Assembly (NCBI GenBank): GCA_966212315.1
Contig: CBIHQZ010000001.1
Coordinates: forward strand, 1-39,983
Source of the DNA: an uncultured Myxococcales bacterium
GTDB lineage: Bacteria; Myxococcota_A; Polyangia; Polyangiales; Ga0077539
Length of the DNA: 39,983 bases
Reading direction: 5' to 3'
Below the pieces are notes generated by a model. It searched no databases, was not told where the DNA came from, and saw only the letters and a list, made by a program, of their open reading frames with translations. Position 1 is the stretch's first letter; the number at the start of each line of letters is the position of its first letter. A program made the position numbers and the translations under genes. Positions 26,853 to 35,944 of this stretch are shown here, piece by piece.

Positions 26853-27638
26853 TCACTCGTCGAGTGAACCGACGTCGCGCGACGGGAGCCAACCCTGGTG
26901 GCCTTCGTTGCCGCGTACGCGCACGAACGCTCCGTTGCGCGACACGATGTCGACACGCTCGCCTTCACGCACGGGGTTCTCGCCGATGGCGTCGGCGGTC
27001 GGCTCGCGCAGAAGACGCAATCCGTCGTGCAGCACGATGCCGGCACGCGGGTCGAGGTGGCGCGCGATCACGATCGCACCGAAGAACACCGCCGCGCCGC
27101 TGAGAAGAATCACACCGGCCGCACTACCGACACGCGCGATCTCGCCGGCGCGACGACGACGCCACGAGAGCAAGAACGCGAGCGCGGCGATCTCGCACCC
27201 GAGCGTGAGCGCGACGGACCAATCGAGCGGGAGCAATTCGGCAAACGCGACGGACCACGGCACCGCGGTCTCGACGACGGCGCGACCGGTGCGTCCAGCG
27301 TCGCGATGCGCGAGTCGCAAACGCGCCGCGCGGAGATTGTGCTGCGCGTCGCCGGCGAACACCGACCGACGGTTCACTTGTTCGAGTCGCCAGATCGCTT
27401 CGCCGTACCGACCGGCCTGCGCATACGCGGTACCGAGATCGTAGAGAACGCCGGTCGAGTCGTAGCCCGCCGCGACGATCTCCTCGAGCGCGCGTGCCGA
27501 GTCGTTCCAGCGTTGATGCGCTGCTGCGTCGCGCGCCCGCGCCATGAGATCAGCGACGGGAACGGCATGCGCGGTGAGCGCTCCGAAGAACAACGCGCAC
27601 GCGACGAGTGCCGCGAAACTGCGACGACGCGCGCTCAC
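26853..27638 (-). CDS. batE: BatE-like protein (TPR, TM, C-terminal SH3-like domain)
   Basis: It has a signal peptide, a TPR-like LGTAYAQAGRYGEAIWRLEQV, TM segments, and a C-terminal ERVDIVSRNGAFVRVRGNEGHQGWLPSRDV typical of bacterial SH3 domains. It is the last gene of the Bat-type operon, and its GTG overlaps the batD TGA. Confidence 0.65.
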   Translation of the reverse strand: MSARRRSFAALVACALFFGALTAHAVPVADLMARARDAAAHQRWNDSARALEEIVAAGYDSTGVLYDLGTAYAQAGRYGEAIWRLEQVNRRSVFAGDAQHNLRAARLRLAHRDAGRTGRAVVETAVPWSVAFAELLPLDWSVALTLGCEIAALAFLLSWRRRRAGEIARVGSAAGVILLSGAAVFFGAIVIARHLDPRAGIVLHDGLRLLREPTADAIGENPVREGERVDIVSRNGAFVRVRGNEGHQGWLPSRDVGSLDE

Positions 27639-29431
27639 GAAGCGTCCTCGAGCGCACGCACCGCGCGTTCGACCTTGGTCAGCAGATCGTTCGCATCGGC
27701 ATCCGCGCCGGCGAATCGAGCGCCGTCACAAGCTGCGCGCGCTTCGTCGACCGTGCTGCGCGCAGCGGTCGAGAGCGATGCGAGTGAATCATCGTGCTCG
27801 CGCTTGTAGCCCGCGAGCGCGCGATCGAGGGCACGTCCGGCCAGCGAGATGGCTTTCGCACGATCGCGCGAGAGTTCGCGACGCGCCTGTGCGGTGAGTT
27901 CGTCGGGATCGGTGCGCATCGATTCCGCGCGCTCTTTGCGACGCGTGCGCAGCGTGCGCGCGAGCGACGAGAGCGAGATCGCGAGCGCCAGTCCGATCGG
28001 CGGCGTTGCGATCGCGACCAACGGGAGCGGACCGCGCGTGAACACTTCGTGATGCGGCCGGAGTGCCGGCGAGGGTTCGAGGGCTTCGAGCGCGCCCTGT
28101 GGATCGTCGCCCGCCTGCGCGGCTTCTTCGCGCGGGAGCGCCTCGCCCTGCACGGTGATCACAGGCAGCGCGACTCGCGCCACGTCGTAGGCGCCGCGCA
28201 CGGGATCCCAGTAAGGCACTTGCACGGTACCGAGATCGAAGCGCCCCGCGCGTTCGGGGACGACGAGCACTTCCGACTGCAACGTCGAGACGACGCGGCC
28301 GGTGCTCTGATCGTGGGTCGCGTGTGCATCGCCCGCGCGGATGCGGAGTCCGTCGATGTTGGTCGGCGGCGCAAGCGTGGTGCTCGCGAGCGAGCCTTCG
28401 CTCATCGCGCGCAGTGTGAACCCGAAGGTCTCGCCGACGCTGCCGCTCGGTCGATCGACTTCGGCAGTGAGTTGAATCGGACCGATGGTCCCGGGGATGT
28501 AATCCGCCGGACGGCCCGCCACCGGTGGCTCGCGCACGTCGACGTAGACAGCGGGCGAGCGCGCATCCATCCGCTGCACCGAGCGGAAGATTCCGCCCGA
28601 CATCATCTCGACGTTCGCGCGCGTCTCGCCGATCACGAGGCGACCGGTCTGGCTCGGAAACAGCGCGATCTTGCGCACCAGGCCGACCGACATGAAGCGC
28701 CCACCGATGTTGGTGGTGAACCATCGCGACGCACACTCGCGCGTGAGGGCGGTGAGCGACTCGTTCCAGAAGCCCGGGAGCGTCGGCTCGTCGGACACCG
28801 TGCAGTTCGCTTCGGACGAAGCCACGTAGAGCCACACGCGCAACGTGATCTGCTGGCCGAGAAACGGATTCGGATTGTCGACGACCGCGCGGAGAAACCC
28901 GTTGGGATTGAAGTCCGCGCCGGTGAGGTCACCGGGTGGCGGCGCATCGGGATCGGCCGGCGGTGGCGGCGGTGCGTCTTCGGCACCGGCATCGTCGGGG
29001 CCGGCGATCATGGCGCTGTTGCCCTGCACCGTGAACACGATCGGCGGCTGCTGCGCGATCACGCGACCGGTCTGCACGTTGGTCACGCGCGCGCCGCTGA
29101 TCGTGTAGCGCCCCGGCGCGACCGCGCGCACGACGTACTCCTGCGCCGTGTCGATCGACATCGAGAAGCCGCCACCCCACATCATCGGGAGCTGCGGCGG
29201 AGACGGATCGGACATCAATTCGAGCGTTCCGAAGTCGATCGGCGCGACCTGCACGCCGGTCTCGTTGCGGATGCTGACGTTGTAGATCACGCGAAACGCT
29301 TCGCCGACCATCGGGTTCGGCGGATCGATCGCGACCTGCACGCGCGCGGTGGCGAACGCGTTGCTCGCAGTGAGTACGAGACTCACGAGCGCGACGAACG
29401 CAGCGGACATGCGTGCGATGCGTCGCGCCAT
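27635..29431 (-). CDS. batD: BatD-like (oxygen-tolerance family) protein
   Basis: 598 aa. It has a signal peptide and a BatD-type N-terminal block (VAIDPPNPMVGEAFRVIYNVSI). One TM lies near aa 470-490, followed by a cytoplasmic helical tail. Its operon position is between batC and batE. Confidence 0.7.
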   Translation of the reverse strand: MARRIARMSAAFVALVSLVLTASNAFATARVQVAIDPPNPMVGEAFRVIYNVSIRNETGVQVAPIDFGTLELMSDPSPPQLPMMWGGGFSMSIDTAQEYVVRAVAPGRYTISGARVTNVQTGRVIAQQPPIVFTVQGNSAMIAGPDDAGAEDAPPPPPADPDAPPPGDLTGADFNPNGFLRAVVDNPNPFLGQQITLRVWLYVASSEANCTVSDEPTLPGFWNESLTALTRECASRWFTTNIGGRFMSVGLVRKIALFPSQTGRLVIGETRANVEMMSGGIFRSVQRMDARSPAVYVDVREPPVAGRPADYIPGTIGPIQLTAEVDRPSGSVGETFGFTLRAMSEGSLASTTLAPPTNIDGLRIRAGDAHATHDQSTGRVVSTLQSEVLVVPERAGRFDLGTVQVPYWDPVRGAYDVARVALPVITVQGEALPREEAAQAGDDPQGALEALEPSPALRPHHEVFTRGPLPLVAIATPPIGLALAISLSSLARTLRTRRKERAESMRTDPDELTAQARRELSRDRAKAISLAGRALDRALAGYKREHDDSLASLSTAARSTVDEARAACDGARFAGADADANDLLTKVERAVRALEDAS

Positions 29432-29434
29432 GGT

Positions 29435-30466
29435 TCAGCGATCGTCGTCGGGCGAGCGCGGTGTCATCCCGCGGCGACGAAGCAGTTCGTTCTGGAGCGA
29501 GCGCGAGGTGCGGTCGAGATCATCGAGCGGCGCCATCGATCGCGGCGCGGCCGCATCGCGCGGACCGGCGTCCTGCTGCCCTTCGGCACCCGAGTCGTTG
29601 CCGGCATCGCCACTCGAAGATCCGTCGTTGCCACCATCGCCCGAGCCCGAATCACCCGGTCCCGAATCCTGGCCGCCGCCGTCTTGTCCGCCGCCGTCCA
29701 TGCCGCCGTCGCGACCACCATCTTCGCCGCTGTCGGACGCGTCGTTGCCGCTGTCCGATGCGTCGTTGCCGCTGTCCTGCGCGTCGGGCGGACCCGAGTC
29801 CTGCGACGCATCCATCGCCGCGTCGTTCCCAGCGTCGGGCGGATTGCGTTCGAGTTCGCGCAAGCGCCTCGCGAGTTCGAGATTCCACGCCGCGTCGTTC
29901 CAGCCGGGACGGAGACGCAGCGCTTCTTTGTACGCCTCGATCGCGTTGTCCCAGTGGTGCTGCGTGAAGAACGTGTTGGCGAGGTCGTAGGCACCGCGCG
30001 CGCGAAGGAACGCATCGACGTCTTCCGCCGCGCCGTTCGAGCCACCACGCACGGCCGTGCGCATCTCGTCCTGCGCTTGCGTGAGACCCTCGGGGGCGCT
30101 CGCATCGGGCGGGAGCATCGGAAGTCCGACGCCGCCATCGGGGGGCGGAACGCTCACGCGATAGCGTGCGAGACCGCGATCGAGATGGACACCCGCGTTG
30201 CGCGCACCGCCGCCGGGCGCGCTCTCGTACTCGCCGAGCGCTTCGCGGAAACGACGCCCCGCATAGTGCGTGTTGCCCTGCCGCACGTGCGGTTCGGGCG
30301 CCGGTCGCGCGGGCCACGCCCACACGGTGTACGCCGCCAGCGCGATCCCGACGAGCACCGCGATCCACCAGGGACGGCGCGCGGGAGCCGCTGCGATCTT
30401 CCCTTTCGCGCCCTTCTTCTTGCGCTTCTTGCGCGGCGCGGTCGGCTTCACGTCGGTCTCGCTCAC
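29435..30466 (-). CDS. batC: BatC-like TPR protein with highly acidic Gly/Asp/Ser-rich repeat tail
   Basis: The N-terminus is basic (KKRKKKGAKGK) and followed by a TM. TPR-like segments include NAIEAYKEALRLRPGWNDAAWNLELA. A low-complexity tail DSGNDASDSGNDASDSGEDGGRDGGMDGGGQDGGGQDSG follows. Its GTG overlaps the batB TGA. Confidence 0.65.
   Translation of the reverse strand: MSETDVKPTAPRKKRKKKGAKGKIAAAPARRPWWIAVLVGIALAAYTVWAWPARPAPEPHVRQGNTHYAGRRFREALGEYESAPGGGARNAGVHLDRGLARYRVSVPPPDGGVGLPMLPPDASAPEGLTQAQDEMRTAVRGGSNGAAEDVDAFLRARGAYDLANTFFTQHHWDNAIEAYKEALRLRPGWNDAAWNLELARRLRELERNPPDAGNDAAMDASQDSGPPDAQDSGNDASDSGNDASDSGEDGGRDGGMDGGGQDGGGQDSGPGDSGSGDGGNDGSSSGDAGNDSGAEGQQDAGPRDAAAPRSMAPLDDLDRTSRSLQNELLRRRGMTPRSPDDDR
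29726..29788. repeat. 3 x 21-bp tandem repeat inside batC (encodes DSGNDAS units)
   Basis: The three units are gccgctgtcggacgcgtcgtt / gccgctgtccgatgcgtcgtt / gccgctgtcctgcgcgtcggg. Confidence 0.85.
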
Positions 30467-31515
30467 GACCGTGCCTCCACGCGACGACGACGCACGATGC
30501 GTTCGGGGACGAACACGCTGCTCACGACGAGCAGAAGAAACGCCGCAAGCGTGGGCCAGAGCATCAACTCGTCGAAGACGGTCTGCTGCGTAGCGGCGAT
30601 TTCCGCGCGACGAAGCGAGGCGACTTCGCGACGCACCTGTTCGATGCCGACTTCACCCTGGCGTGCGCGGAAGTAACGACCGTTGCCCGCAGTCGCGGTC
30701 TCGCGAAGCTGCTGCTCCATCGAGGGCGTGAACTGCGTCATCTTGATCTGCCCGTGCGAATCGCGTTCGAACCCCGCCATGCGGCCTTCGGGGGTGAACT
30801 GCGGAATCGGCTCGGGGAGCGTGCTGCCGATGGCGTCGATGAAGACCTGGATGCCATCGCCCGCTGCAGCGCGGGCCGCAGCCACCGGGTCGCCGTCGAG
30901 GTCTTCGCCGTCGGTGAGCACGATGATGACTTTCGAACGGCGAGCAGCGAGTCGATCTTCGCGGAAGAGTTCCTGCGCCGCGGTGATGGACCGCCCGATG
31001 GACGTTCCGCCGACCGGGAAGTTCCACGGCTCGACTTCGCGCATGAAGCGTTCGGCCGACTCGTGATCGGTCGTGAGCGGATAGCTCATCGTCGCGCCGG
31101 CGAAGACCACGACACCGATGCGATCGCCCGGCTCTTCCTGGAGCAAGCGCTGCAGTTCGTTGCGCGCGCGCTGAATGCGCGAAGGTGCAACGTCACGCGC
31201 GAGCATCGACTTCGACACGTCGAGACACACCACGATGTCGATCCCGCGCCGAGCCACGACATCGGTGCGTGCGCGCCCCTGCGGTCGTGCCACCGCGAGG
31301 GTCACCAGACCGAGTGCGAGGATCGTCATCACGCCGCGCGCCACACGCCATCCGGCCGGGACGCCGTCACGCAGGTCGCGCACCAGATCGGGGTCGCCGA
31401 AGCGTGAGAGCGCCGCACGACGCGCACGCACGGCCCACAACATCGCGAGCACCGCACCCACGACGAGCGCGAGTGCGATCCACAGAATGCGAGGCTCTGC
31501 CCAGCGCCAGCTCAC
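30463..31515 (-). CDS. batB: BatB-like von Willebrand factor A protein
   Basis: GTG 31515 overlaps the batA TGA (GTGA). It has N-terminal TMs, the vWA MIDAS motif DIVVCLDVSKSM, VIIVLTDGED, and a C-terminal TM. Confidence 0.8.
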   Translation of the reverse strand: MSWRWAEPRILWIALALVVGAVLAMLWAVRARRAALSRFGDPDLVRDLRDGVPAGWRVARGVMTILALGLVTLAVARPQGRARTDVVARRGIDIVVCLDVSKSMLARDVAPSRIQRARNELQRLLQEEPGDRIGVVVFAGATMSYPLTTDHESAERFMREVEPWNFPVGGTSIGRSITAAQELFREDRLAARRSKVIIVLTDGEDLDGDPVAAARAAAGDGIQVFIDAIGSTLPEPIPQFTPEGRMAGFERDSHGQIKMTQFTPSMEQQLRETATAGNGRYFRARQGEVGIEQVRREVASLRRAEIAATQQTVFDELMLWPTLAAFLLLVVSSVFVPERIVRRRRVEARS

Positions 31516-32639
31516 GGGAACCTCCGGAGCAGGGTCGATGCGAGAAGAATCTCGAGTGCGATGAGCGCGACCGCGGGCGCGAGGAGCCACACGAAGAGTT
31601 CGGCCGGGCGAGTGCCGGTGTCGGCGATGCGCGAGCGTTCGAGTCGATCGAGAATCGTGTGGAACGCCTGGTCGAGCGAGGCGCGATCGATCGCGCGGAA
31701 GAACTGCCCGTCGGTTTCGGTGGCGATGCGCTGGAGCAGCGCGGGGTCGACCGGGAAGCGCGCCATCTGCACTTGCGGCCGGCCGAAGAGATCGGTGCCG
31801 GTGACGATCGGCGCTTCATCGGATTGACCGACCAGCACCGTGTAGACCTTCACGTGCAGCGCGCTCGCGAATTGCGCGGCGTGATTCGGATCGACGTGGC
31901 CCGCGTTGTTCGCACCGTCGGTGAGGAGCACCACCACCTTGCTGCGCGCGTCGCTGCGGCGAAGGTAGTTGAGCGATGCGCCGAGACCGTCACCGATGGC
32001 GGTGCCGCTGTGGCTCTCGTCGGAGAGCACCCCGATTTCCATCTGCTGAACGGTGCCGCGCAGCACGTTGTAATCGAGCGTCGGTGCCAGCGCGGGGAAG
32101 GCTTCACGGCCGAACACGACGAAGCCGATGCGATCGGTGCGGCGGCGTTCGATGAAGTTGAGGATCACTTCTTTCGCGGCCTGCAAACGCGTGGGTTGCA
32201 GGTCGCTCGCGCGCATCGAACCCGACATGTCGAGCACGATGACGATGTCGATGCCGGAGAGTTCGAGGCTCTCGGTCGCGTCGATGCGCTGCGGGCGCGC
32301 CAGTGCGAAACCGACCAGCACGATCGCGACGATGCGGAGCGCGGCGGGGAACTGCATGAAGCGCGCGCGCCATCCCATCGGCATGCGCGCGGCTTCGCTC
32401 CCGCGTGAGAAGAACAGATGCGCGAACGATTGCCCCGGCGATGCGCGCAGCGGCTTGTACGCGACGGTCGCGATCACGTAGGCGACGAACGTGGCCGGCA
32501 GGAGCAGCAGCAGCTTCGGTCGCGCGAGTTGCACCTGCCAGGCGTGATCGATGATCACGTACGCGTACACGAACACCGCGATCAGCAAGAGCGGGATCGC
32601 GAACATCAACGTGTCGCGAAGCACACGCGAGAGCCTCAT
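31512..32639 (-). CDS. batA: BatA-like von Willebrand factor A protein
   Basis: It has N-terminal TM helices, the MIDAS motif DIVIVLDMSGSM, VVVLLTDGANN, and a C-terminal TM. Its ATG overlaps the upstream TGA (ATGA). Confidence 0.8.
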   Translation of the reverse strand: MRLSRVLRDTLMFAIPLLLIAVFVYAYVIIDHAWQVQLARPKLLLLLPATFVAYVIATVAYKPLRASPGQSFAHLFFSRGSEAARMPMGWRARFMQFPAALRIVAIVLVGFALARPQRIDATESLELSGIDIVIVLDMSGSMRASDLQPTRLQAAKEVILNFIERRRTDRIGFVVFGREAFPALAPTLDYNVLRGTVQQMEIGVLSDESHSGTAIGDGLGASLNYLRRSDARSKVVVLLTDGANNAGHVDPNHAAQFASALHVKVYTVLVGQSDEAPIVTGTDLFGRPQVQMARFPVDPALLQRIATETDGQFFRAIDRASLDQAFHTILDRLERSRIADTGTRPAELFVWLLAPAVALIALEILLASTLLRRFP

Positions 32640-33808
32640 GCGCGCCTCCCGCCCGAGTCACCGTCGACCGCGCGCGGCGGCGCCACCGGTCCGCCCGCAC
32701 CACCGCCACTCGACGGCCCCGTGCCGGCCGGAGACGAGCGACGCACGATCGCGTAGCCGCTGTTCAAGATCGCTTCCGACTCTTCGTGCGACGGCACGTA
32801 GCGCGCGAATTTCACCAGGTCGCACTCGCGCAACAGGTGCTCGATCTCCGCGGGAGCAACGCCCGGGAGGGGCGATTTGCGCATGCGTCGCAACAGTTCT
32901 TCGGTGGTCATCTCGAGCGCATCGAACCCGCGCGAGCCACCGAGGTAACGTCGCACCACGTCGCTGATCGCATCGTAGTACTCCTTGGTGAGACCGCGCG
33001 AGAGCAGGTCGCTGCGTGCGATCGCATCGAGCGCCTCGATGGCAATGATCCACGCGGGGCGCGGCGGCGGCGGCGGCACCACCTTCTTCGGACGGCTGCG
33101 GAGATACGCACTCACCGCCAGGGTCACCACGATGATCGCGAAGATCGCGTCGAGCGCCAGTGCGAACCAACGCCAGCGATACGCATCCTCGGTGACCGAC
33201 TCGGGCGGCGTGACATCGCGCGGCGAAGGGTTGTTCGTGTTGCCGAACGGATCGTGCACGCGGAAGCGCACCTCGGGGGTGCAGACGCGAATGACATCGC
33301 CCGCGGCACGCAGACGCGCGAGTTGCGGCGCGATCACGATGTCGCCCGTCTTGAACGGCTGCACCGCGACCTGCACTTCGCCGTACACCAGCCCGTTCGG
33401 CCCCGCGTGCACGCGACGATCGCGCTCGGGCTGTTCGCGCGCGTATTCCATCTCGGCATCCGGCTGCGCGAACGCGATGGGATCCGGGTCGTACTCGACG
33501 CCGTCGCTCGTGTGATGCGTGAAGCGGTACGTGACGATCACGCGATCGCCCACCGTCGGACGTGCCGGTGCGATGCGGAAATCCGCCTGCACTTCGTGCC
33601 CTGCGGGAATCGGATCGGTCGGGCAGCGTCCGGTGCCGGATGACTCGGCGTCGCTCGACTCGCCGGCGTCGTCGACCGCGGCTGCATCGGTGACAGCGGC
33701 GTCGGCAGCGAGCGCCGACGCATCGAGCGTCTGCGCGCGTGCGGGCACACTCGCGAATGCGAGCGCGACGAAGACACCGACCGGGAGTGCGATGCGAACG
33801 CGCTTCAT
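32636..33808 (-). CDS. DUF4381-like protein with an extra N-terminal BatD-like extracytoplasmic domain
   Basis: It has a signal peptide and an Ig-like segment with PARPTVGDRVIVTYRF. One TM follows (WFALALDAIFAIIVVTLAVSAYL). The tail is DUF4381-like: PPPPPRPAWIIAIEALDAI...YYDAISDVVRRYLG...MTTEELLRRM...LLRECDLVKFARY. Confidence 0.6.
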   Translation of the reverse strand: MKRVRIALPVGVFVALAFASVPARAQTLDASALAADAAVTDAAAVDDAGESSDAESSGTGRCPTDPIPAGHEVQADFRIAPARPTVGDRVIVTYRFTHHTSDGVEYDPDPIAFAQPDAEMEYAREQPERDRRVHAGPNGLVYGEVQVAVQPFKTGDIVIAPQLARLRAAGDVIRVCTPEVRFRVHDPFGNTNNPSPRDVTPPESVTEDAYRWRWFALALDAIFAIIVVTLAVSAYLRSRPKKVVPPPPPRPAWIIAIEALDAIARSDLLSRGLTKEYYDAISDVVRRYLGGSRGFDALEMTTEELLRRMRKSPLPGVAPAEIEHLLRECDLVKFARYVPSHEESEAILNSGYAIVRRSSPAGTGPSSGGGAGGPVAPPRAVDGDSGGRRA

Positions 33809-34689
33809 CCGTACCGCATCCGTTTCGCGCGCCGCCGGAAGAAGTCCGCGAGCGGCACGATGTAAGGGCGTCCGGTGGAGATCGCGATGTGATCGAGTCC
33901 CAGTCGCTTGAAGAGTCCGTCGCGCGACGCGCGGTGTCGCGCCATCTCGCGTTTGTAGAACTCGCGCACGCGGCGGCTCGACGTATCGATCGGCACCACC
34001 TCGCCGGTCTCGAGGTCTTCGAACATCGCGATCCCGACGTCGACCATTTCTTCTTCGCGCGGATCGCTCACCACGATCGGCACGATGTCGTGCTTCGCCG
34101 CCGCGATGCGGAGCGCGTGTTCGTAGCCGCGTCCGATGAAGTCCGAGATCATGAACACCGCCGCGCGCCGTCGCGAGAGATGCCCCACCGTCTCGAGTGC
34201 CTTGGCGAGATTCGTTCCCCGGCCCTTCGGCTGGAAACTCAGCGTCTCGGCCACCACCCGCATCACGTGTTTGGCGCCCTTTTTCGGCGGCACCACGCGC
34301 TCGACGTCGTCGGTGAAGAGCACGAGGCCGACGCGGTCGTTGTTCTTGATGGCACTGAACGCGATGATCCCGGCGATCTCCGCGACGAGGTCGTTCTTCT
34401 TGGTGATCTTCGTCCCGAAGCGTTGCGAGCCCGACAGATCGACCACCAGCATCACGGTCATCTCGCGCTCTTCGCGAAACACCTTCACGTGCGGCGTGCT
34501 CGTGCGCGCGGTGACGTTCCAGTCGATGAAGCGAACGTCGTCGCCCGGCTGATACATCCGCACTTCGTCGAACGCGAGACCACGTCCCTTGAAGACCGAG
34601 TGGTAGTTCCCCACGAGCTGCTCGTTGGCGAGCCGCGCCGTGTGAATCTCGATCTTGCGGAGCTTCTTGAGGATCTCGCGCGGAATCAT
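33805..34689 (-). CDS. DUF58 domain protein (vWA-like, MoxR partner)
   Basis: ATG 34689 begins MIPREILKKLRKIEI. The DUF58 signature is GNYHSVFKGRGLAFDEVRMYQPGDDVRFIDWNVTAR, followed by a vWA-like VMLVVDLSGS. Confidence 0.85.
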   Translation of the reverse strand: MIPREILKKLRKIEIHTARLANEQLVGNYHSVFKGRGLAFDEVRMYQPGDDVRFIDWNVTARTSTPHVKVFREEREMTVMLVVDLSGSQRFGTKITKKNDLVAEIAGIIAFSAIKNNDRVGLVLFTDDVERVVPPKKGAKHVMRVVAETLSFQPKGRGTNLAKALETVGHLSRRRAAVFMISDFIGRGYEHALRIAAAKHDIVPIVVSDPREEEMVDVGIAMFEDLETGEVVPIDTSSRRVREFYKREMARHRASRDGLFKRLGLDHIAISTGRPYIVPLADFFRRRAKRMRYG

Positions 34690-34735
34690 CGACGTGTGGG
34701 TGTGAGCGATCCTTGGCGAACGGTTGCGACGACGA

Positions 34736-35719
34736 TTACGGCACTTCGACGGCGTCGAAGATCTTGCCGATGACTTGATCGGCGGTGACCTCTTCGGCCT
34801 CGGCTTCGTACGTGAGCACCACGCGATGGCGGAGCACATCGAGCCCGATGGCCTTCACGTCCTCGGGGGTGACGTAGCCGCGATGCTCGAGAAACGCGTG
34901 CGCACGCGCGGCTTGATTGAGCGCGATGGTCGCGCGCGGCGAAGCACCGTACTTCACGAGCGGCGCGATGTTCTGAAGCCCGGCCTTCGCGGGATCGCGC
35001 GTCGCGAACACGATCGACACGATGTAGTCCTTCACCTTGTCGTCGACGTACACCTGCGGGATCACCGCGCGCGCTTCGAGCAGCTTCTGCAGTTCGACCA
35101 CCGGCTGTACCGCCGTCTTCACGCCCGACGTCTGCCGATCCATGATCGCGCGCTCTTCGTCGCGGGTCGGATAGCCGACCTTCACGTTGAGCATGAAGCG
35201 GTCGACCTGCGCTTCGGGGAGCGGATACGTCCCTTCCTGCTCGATCGGGTTCTGCGTCGCCATCACGATGAACGGCTCGGGGAGCGGGAACGTCTGGTCG
35301 CCGATGGTGACCTGGTGTTCCTGCATCGCTTCGAGTAGCGCGCTCTGCACTTTGGCGGGCGCGCGATTGATCTCGTCGGCGAGCACGAGGTTCGCGAACA
35401 CCGGCCCCTTCTTGGCGGTGAACGTCGCGTCCTGCGGGCGATAGATCACGGTGCCGATGAGGTCGGCGGGGAGAAGGTCCGGCGTGAACTGGATGCGGGC
35501 GAACTTCGCTTCGATCGCATCGCACAGGGTTCGCACGGTGAGCGTCTTCGCGAGGCCGGGGACGCCTTCGAGAAGGACATGCCCGTTGGCGAGGAGTCCG
35601 ATCAGGAGTCGGCGAACCATGTACTCCTGACCGACGATCACGCGACCGACCTCGGCGAGGATCTTGTCGACGAACTCGCTTTCCTTCTGGACCAGTTCGG
35701 TAATGGCGCGGCTGTACAT
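34736..35719 (-). CDS. moxR: MoxR-family AAA+ ATPase
   Basis: ATG 35719. Walker A is [11 protein letters not shown], Walker B is [24 protein letters not shown], and [24 protein letters not shown] is also present. The upstream in-frame extension (GQGQGQGQ) is rejected as non-coding repeat. Confidence 0.9.
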   Translation of the reverse strand: MYSRAITELVQKESEFVDKILAEVGRVIVGQEYMVRRLLIGLLANGHVLLEGVPGLAKTLTVRTLCDAIEAKFARIQFTPDLLPADLIGTVIYRPQDATFTAKKGPVFANLVLADEINRAPAKVQSALLEAMQEHQVTIGDQTFPLPEPFIVMATQNPIEQEGTYPLPEAQVDRFMLNVKVGYPTRDEERAIMDRQTSGVKTAVQPVVELQKLLEARAVIPQVYVDDKVKDYIVSIVFATRDPAKAGLQNIAPLVKYGASPRATIALNQAARAHAFLEHRGYVTPEDVKAIGLDVLRHRVVLTYEAEAEEVTADQVIGKIFDAVEVP

Positions 35720-35798
35720 AGGGTTTTTTCCGAGTCGCGGGGCATACCCCATAGCGGGGCGGCGGATCAACCAGTGGGAGATGGAAGGCATTCCCATC

Positions 35799-35834
35799 TG
35801 CCCTTGCCCTTGCCCTTGCCCCTGCTCCTGCCCT
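35799..35834. repeat. hexanucleotide tandem repeat (TGCCCT)x3 plus 3 degenerate units in the moxR upstream region
   Basis: The units are tgccct tgccct tgccct tgcccc tgctcc tgccct. The repeat lies 80-115 nt upstream of the moxR ATG (35719), in the 225-bp gap after the stop at 35945. Confidence 0.9.
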
Positions 35835-35944
35835 CGTCCGCACGATCGCCGCCGCGACTCACCGAAAAGGCCCGCCTCGCTGTCGCATCCCACGGCGTGC
35901 ACTGAGGTAAGCGGCCACGTCCATCGCGCGATTCGGCATCGCCT

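Noticed and set aside
30463-31590. A longer BatB start at ATG 31590 (MAPRARGRAHRTRDSS...).
   Set aside because: It would overlap batA by 79 nt with an Arg-rich extension. GTG 31515 gives the same GTGA coupling seen at three other junctions of the operon and starts right at the first TM helix.
35720-35902. An N-terminal extension of the MoxR ORF containing GQEQGQGQGQGQ.
   Set aside because: The extension is just the translated hexanucleotide repeat. Canonical MoxR N-termini begin close to the MYSRAI... position (ATG 35719). The extension has no protein-like features.
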